DNA of 64,000 nt from a virus (taxonomy: Duplodnaviria; Caudoviricetes), in IMG/VR virus record IMGVR_UViG_2537561663_000008; one strand, 5' to 3'. Under the pieces are notes generated by a model, which had not been told where the DNA came from, made no database searches, and saw nothing but the letters and a program-made list of their open reading frames with translations. The translations under genes were made by a program, and so were the position numbers. Within the stretch, counting starts at the first letter, position 1, and each line of letters starts with the position of its first letter. Shown here piece after piece: positions 59,964-64,000 of the stretch.

Positions 59964-60797
59964 TTATTTGCGATAAAATCCGGAACTGTCGCGTCCCCAT
60001 TTGCCGCCAAATTGGTCGGTGTAATCACACTCGCTATAGGGAGAATCTTGTGTAAGATGATATAATGTTCCAGAATCAGTAAAACTTGCTGTTTTCAAAC
60101 CACTTGAACTGCTTGATGATGAACCGCTCCAAGACTCCGTCGCTCCCTTATGCAAGTCTTTAAAACCGAGAATACCCATAATAAGACCTATCCCGTTGCC
60201 TATACTGAATCCCCATTGGGCCATATCCCACATGGTACCAGAGTCTATCCAACCCAGCCAATCAAGAATAAAACCTACTGCCAATCCAATCGCTCCAACA
60301 ATCAAACCTACAACCAGCATCAATGCGAAGAATTGTAACACAATCTTAATAATGTAGATGGCTATGCCTAAAAACAGTATCCACTTTATCGCTGTGAACC
60401 AAGCCGATTCTCCTTCGGAATCAAACAACCAAGAGGTTAAGTCCCATGACTCTTCTTTGGTGGAAGTACCCGCTTCGTCTGTTTCTGTTACGGCTTCCAG
60501 ATACGATGCGCTGACATAACCCTGCCAGCCATTATAATTGATATTAGCCCATCCGTTTTCTATAGATACAACATCAATCACGTTATCCTTAGACAATTGT
60601 CCTAATAGTTTTCCGTTTTTATTGGCTGAAGCTCGTACATTAAGACCGTTGGGAGCGGTCACTCGATAATGATCTGCAAAAGATTGCGTACATAGGGAAA
60701 AATTAAGGATTAGAAACAAAACCCATTTAATAATGTTTCTGCTAACGAACATATTCTTCAGCATACAAATACTTTGCTGGCTATATCTGTTCATCAT
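59964..60797 (-). CDS. SH3b-domain membrane protein
   Basis: LNVRAS...GWANI...GYVSASYL followed by about three TM segments. Confidence 0.8.
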   Translation of the reverse strand: MMNRYSQQSICMLKNMFVSRNIIKWVLFLILNFSLCTQSFADHYRVTAPNGLNVRASANKNGKLLGQLSKDNVIDVVSIENGWANINYNGWQGYVSASYLEAVTETDEAGTSTKEESWDLTSWLFDSEGESAWFTAIKWILFLGIAIYIIKIVLQFFALMLVVGLIVGAIGLAVGFILDWLGWIDSGTMWDMAQWGFSIGNGIGLIMGILGFKDLHKGATESWSGSSSSSSSGLKTASFTDSGTLYHLTQDSPYSECDYTDQFGGKWGRDSSGFYRK

Positions 60798-60809
60798 AAA
60801 TTAAGACTC

Positions 60810-60994
60810 TTGCAGTCCCGTAGAGTCTGCTTGATTAAACCACGAAGCGTGGAACTGCAAATGCCACGTTCTAAGTCGGAGGTCGTAGGAATAACCTTTA
60901 TTCAGAGTATGGTAATAGCAGCCCACGCTATAGCGTGAGAAACCAATTACGCTTTTCCCTCTGAATAGTCTTGAATTTCCTACGTTCCCGACTT
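60810..60994 (-). ncRNA. Structured 5' leader of the cargo operon
   Basis: Nested stems AAGTCGG/CCGACTT, CGTAGGAA/TTCCTACG, TATTCAGAG/CTCTGAATA, CACGCT/AGCGTG, plus TTGCAGT.CC/GGAACTGCAA; TACCTTTG promoter at 61059-61066. Confidence 0.55.
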
Positions 60995-61623
60995 CGAGAT
61001 AAGCATAACGCTTCTTTCTTTTCTAATATGTCTTGGAAAGAGTTTCCTCAATCCGGCACAAAGGTAGTGAAATTTCATGAAACAAGACCTTATATACCGT
61101 GATTTTCTTAAAGTTAGAGATGGATTTTAAATCCGTTTATCCATCTGACAAACTGCAAGAATGACAAATCTGGAAATGAAAATAGAAAAATTTTACAAGG
61201 ATAGAAAAAAATTAATATGTATTGTTCCACATACATCTTTTCTGCCGATATAGGCAGGACGGTCGGGAACAGCTAGTTTTCTTGTATTTATATTATGCGC
61301 TTTAGCCCATTCATTAAGCGCCTTGTTCCTCCAATGGACCAATTGTGAATCCGCCATAAAAGAAGGCAAATCGCCAAACGTTTCCCGCCCAGACATACAC
61401 AGGCTATCCCTTGTGGATGAATAGAGAAAATACTCCAATACAACACATGGGGCGAGAAGTTCACATCCCGATTGGGCATTAACTGTAAATTCTGTTAATC
61501 CTTATGCAAGATAAGGTTATTTAGCCCAATTTCGGCATATGCATATAAAGAATAAAGGGCCACCGCATTCAAGGGAATCGAGTCATACAAAAATCTAAGT
61601 AAAATTTCAAAGAGAAGAATCAA

Positions 61624-62109
61624 ATGAATAAAATCAATAATGAATTATTCGAGAAGTATATACGCCCGGAATTCGGGTTTATCAGACGGATGTGCTGGAA
61701 GTATTGTATTAACAAATCTGAATTTCAAGAACTGCATAATGAAGTCTTGACGAACCTGTTTATATACATTCATACTTATAATCGAAGCGGGCACATACGA
61801 CCATGGCTTTATACCATTATACGTCGGGATATGCTCCGTCTGCAGAAAAAACAATTGGACGAACTAATCAAGTTTGTAGATTTGTCACAACCCAGATATT
61901 CAAATTTACCTGCTACAGATTATAATATCGGACTCTCGGATGTAAATATTGCTGTAAGACAGCTTGACCATCTCCATCGTACTGTCGTAGAATTGAAAAT
62001 GAGCGGCTATAAAATACATGAAATAGCAACAATAATGTATCAGCGTGGAGATATAACGGCAAATAGCAGCAATATCATCAAGTATCGGCTACGCGAGGCA
62101 TACCACTGA
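61624..62109 (+). CDS. ECF-like RNA polymerase sigma factor
   Basis: Region 2 (QELHNEV...RPWLYTI) and region 4 (HRTVVELKMSGYKIHEIA). Confidence 0.75.
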   Translation: MNKINNELFEKYIRPEFGFIRRMCWKYCINKSEFQELHNEVLTNLFIYIHTYNRSGHIRPWLYTIIRRDMLRLQKKQLDELIKFVDLSQPRYSNLPATDYNIGLSDVNIAVRQLDHLHRTVVELKMSGYKIHEIATIMYQRGDITANSSNIIKYRLREAYH

Positions 62110-62118
62110 CTGGCAGGT

Positions 62119-62397
62119 ATGCTGTCACGCAATGGAGAGTTGCTTCGATATACCGATAAAAATCTTACAACAAATAAATTGAAACAGAATTATATGGCAA
62201 AATTAAAATCAGAAATAGAGAAATGGGTGTCAATGCCTGACCGGGACTATTTGGAACTGGTAGAGGATCATATTATGATGACAGCCCTACGCGCCGCAGG
62301 TATTGAAGATATGCCTGTCTACAAGGTGGCTAAAAACATTTTGAACAATAACCGGGTAGAGATACATCTCAAGCCCATTAAATCAAAATACAAATGA
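62119..62397 (+). CDS. Hypothetical protein
   Basis: ORF after sigma. Confidence 0.55.
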   Translation: MLSRNGELLRYTDKNLTTNKLKQNYMAKLKSEIEKWVSMPDRDYLELVEDHIMMTALRAAGIEDMPVYKVAKNILNNNRVEIHLKPIKSKYK

Positions 62398-62795
62398 GAA
62401 GGAGTTCATTCAAGGCACCTTGTGTTGTGCTAATATTCAATGGCGCCCGCAAATTGGTCTCCATTACAAGATCATTGCATGTGGCAGCGGAAATGACATT
62501 CTGTAATTTACAGGCAATCTCATTTTGTTGTACGGGCAAATATGTGCAATCGTGCGGTTATTACTTCCGGCATCTCGATCCAAGAGTTCTTGTCGAAATT
62601 GAAGACTTGGATTCCTTGACGGTAGAAGAATATGACCGTTTGTGCGGGGAAAGCAGGAAATATTATTCAATTCGTATGATGCATGGCAAAAAAATAAGGA
62701 TGGAGCAGAAACGGAGAATAAAAGCCATGGAACAACGTCGACGGGCTAGGGCGTGGCTTGCAGAATTTAGATCAGGAAAGACAAACAAGCGCTAG
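62394..62795 (+). CDS. NUMOD1-like protein, paralog of 43176-43544
   Basis: VLIFNGA...TRSLH.AAE...NLQAISFCCTGKY shared. Confidence 0.7.
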   Translation: MRRSSFKAPCVVLIFNGARKLVSITRSLHVAAEMTFCNLQAISFCCTGKYVQSCGYYFRHLDPRVLVEIEDLDSLTVEEYDRLCGESRKYYSIRMMHGKKIRMEQKRRIKAMEQRRRARAWLAEFRSGKTNKR

Positions 62796-62977
62796 CTGAC
62801 AGACAAAAACAGTACGGAGTGACAGAAAGTCGCTCCGTTTTCATATTGCATATAGCCAATTTTGCACATAATCACACCTGTTTGAGAATATGCAAAATCC
62901 TTGATTATATACTGATGGTAAGATGAATAGAGAGGATATAGACTTCCAAGAGCGGCAGTGCGTGGTGTTTGGCAATC

Positions 62978-63130
62978 AGACGGTCATTGGCTACAATGGC
63001 TATTGACAAAGGAATACCGATAGAGCATGTGCAACGGTTGCTCGGTCATGTCAAGATTGACACCACTTTGCGTTACGCTATGGTCAATCAGACCAATGTA
63101 AAAATAGCACATCGCAAATACTTGACTTAA
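62978..63130 (+). pseudogene. C-terminal remnant of a tyrosine integrase
   Basis: RRSLATMAIDKGIPIEHVQRLLGHVKIDTTLRYAMV...; upstream catalytic motifs absent. Confidence 0.85.
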
Positions 63131-63177
63131 TTGAATAGAAAATCGGCTAACTTTCAGTACCTTTGCAGTCTAAACGT

Positions 63178-64000
63178 ATGGACAATGGACAATAACATAA
63201 TAGCACCGCAAAAAACTGAAAAACAGGATATACTTTCCGGAGATTACAATAATTGGAGGAAGGAAATTATCTCATTGATAGAGCAATCCAAACTGAAAGC
63301 TATCCTTAGTGTCAATGCGGAATTGCTTACTCTTTATTGGAGAATCGGCAGCGACATTCTAACCAAACAAAAAGAGCAAGGTTGGGGTGCGAAAATCATT
63401 GCGCAATTATCAAAAGACCTCACTGAGCGTTTTCCTGACGACAGAGGTTACTCTGAGCGTAACTTACGCAATATGAAAAAGTTTGCAAGTGAATACCCCA
63501 CTTTTCCAATTTGGCAAGTGCCGCTTGCCAAATTAGAATTGTTGCCAATTCGGAAAGCCGCACTTGTCGAATTGCCATGCGATGAGAACGGATTTGCACA
63601 AGTGCCTCTTGCGCAAATATCGTGGTATCACCATATGTCGCTCATTACCAAAGTACCCGCAGATGCAGAACGGGCGTTTTATATCATGGAAACCGCTGCT
63701 AACGGTTGGAGTCGTGATGTAATGCTTTCGCAGGTGGCTAACGGCTATATTAAAGCCAAGGGTAATGCAATTACAAATTTCAAGCAGACATTGCCTGCCT
63801 ATCAATCGGATTTGGCTCAACATGCGTTCAAAGATCCATATAATTTCAGTTTCTTAGGTACGGTGGCTTTACAACGTGAACTTGATATAGAAAAGAATCT
63901 TGCACAGCGGATTACCGATTTCCTGTTGGAACTCTTATGCAAACCTTTACATAAGAGTTCTTATGCCAACAAATTTATTATGCAAAGTGACTTAAGCTAA
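63178..64000 (+). pseudogene. YhcG/DUF1016 PDDEXK-family gene truncated before the nuclease domain
   Basis: LYWRIG, QGWGAK, GYSERNLRNM, ISWYHH, WSRDV, FKDPYNFSFL and ITDFLLEL, then unrelated sequence from about 63933 and a stop. Confidence 0.75.

Noticed and set aside
61193-61479. Short ORFs 61193-61438 and 61288-61479
   Set aside because: No motifs, mutually overlapping; possibly a gene remnant but not supportable.

Overview
Part of a large Bacteroidales-type temperate phage-like element. (1) 1-35.6 kb is a leftward block of about 55 tightly packed, mostly small hypothetical genes. Recognisable members are RNase HI, two stand-alone MutS domain I proteins, a radical SAM protein, a catalytic-domain-only tyrosine recombinase, and LPD28/DUF932/DUF3846/DUF1419-like proteins. 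(2) Inside this block is a YSDD reverse transcriptase (25836-27107) followed directly by five 157-173 nt non-coding units. Each unit has a different long hairpin inside a conserved frame (TTCAA - hairpin with YTAAC-like loop - YATCRG-N5-TAAAG-NNAYGYGCC). A sixth, degenerate unit lies 1.6 kb further on, after two hypothetical genes. This RT-plus-array arrangement is the main candidate novel system. (3) A tRNA-like cloverleaf and a 1.8 kb AT-rich non-coding region mark the strand switch. (4) Next come a RloA/RloB (AbiL-like) cassette, a leftward KilA-N/NUMOD1/wHTH cluster, and Mu-like head genes plus tail sheath, tail tube and a Dam-like methylase. (5) From about 54.4 kb the sequence is more AT-rich: a leftward lipoprotein/SH3/TonB-C cassette, an ECF-like sigma factor, an integrase remnant and a truncated YhcG/DUF1016 gene. 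Domain names come from motif recognition by eye; no database searches or folding programs were run.
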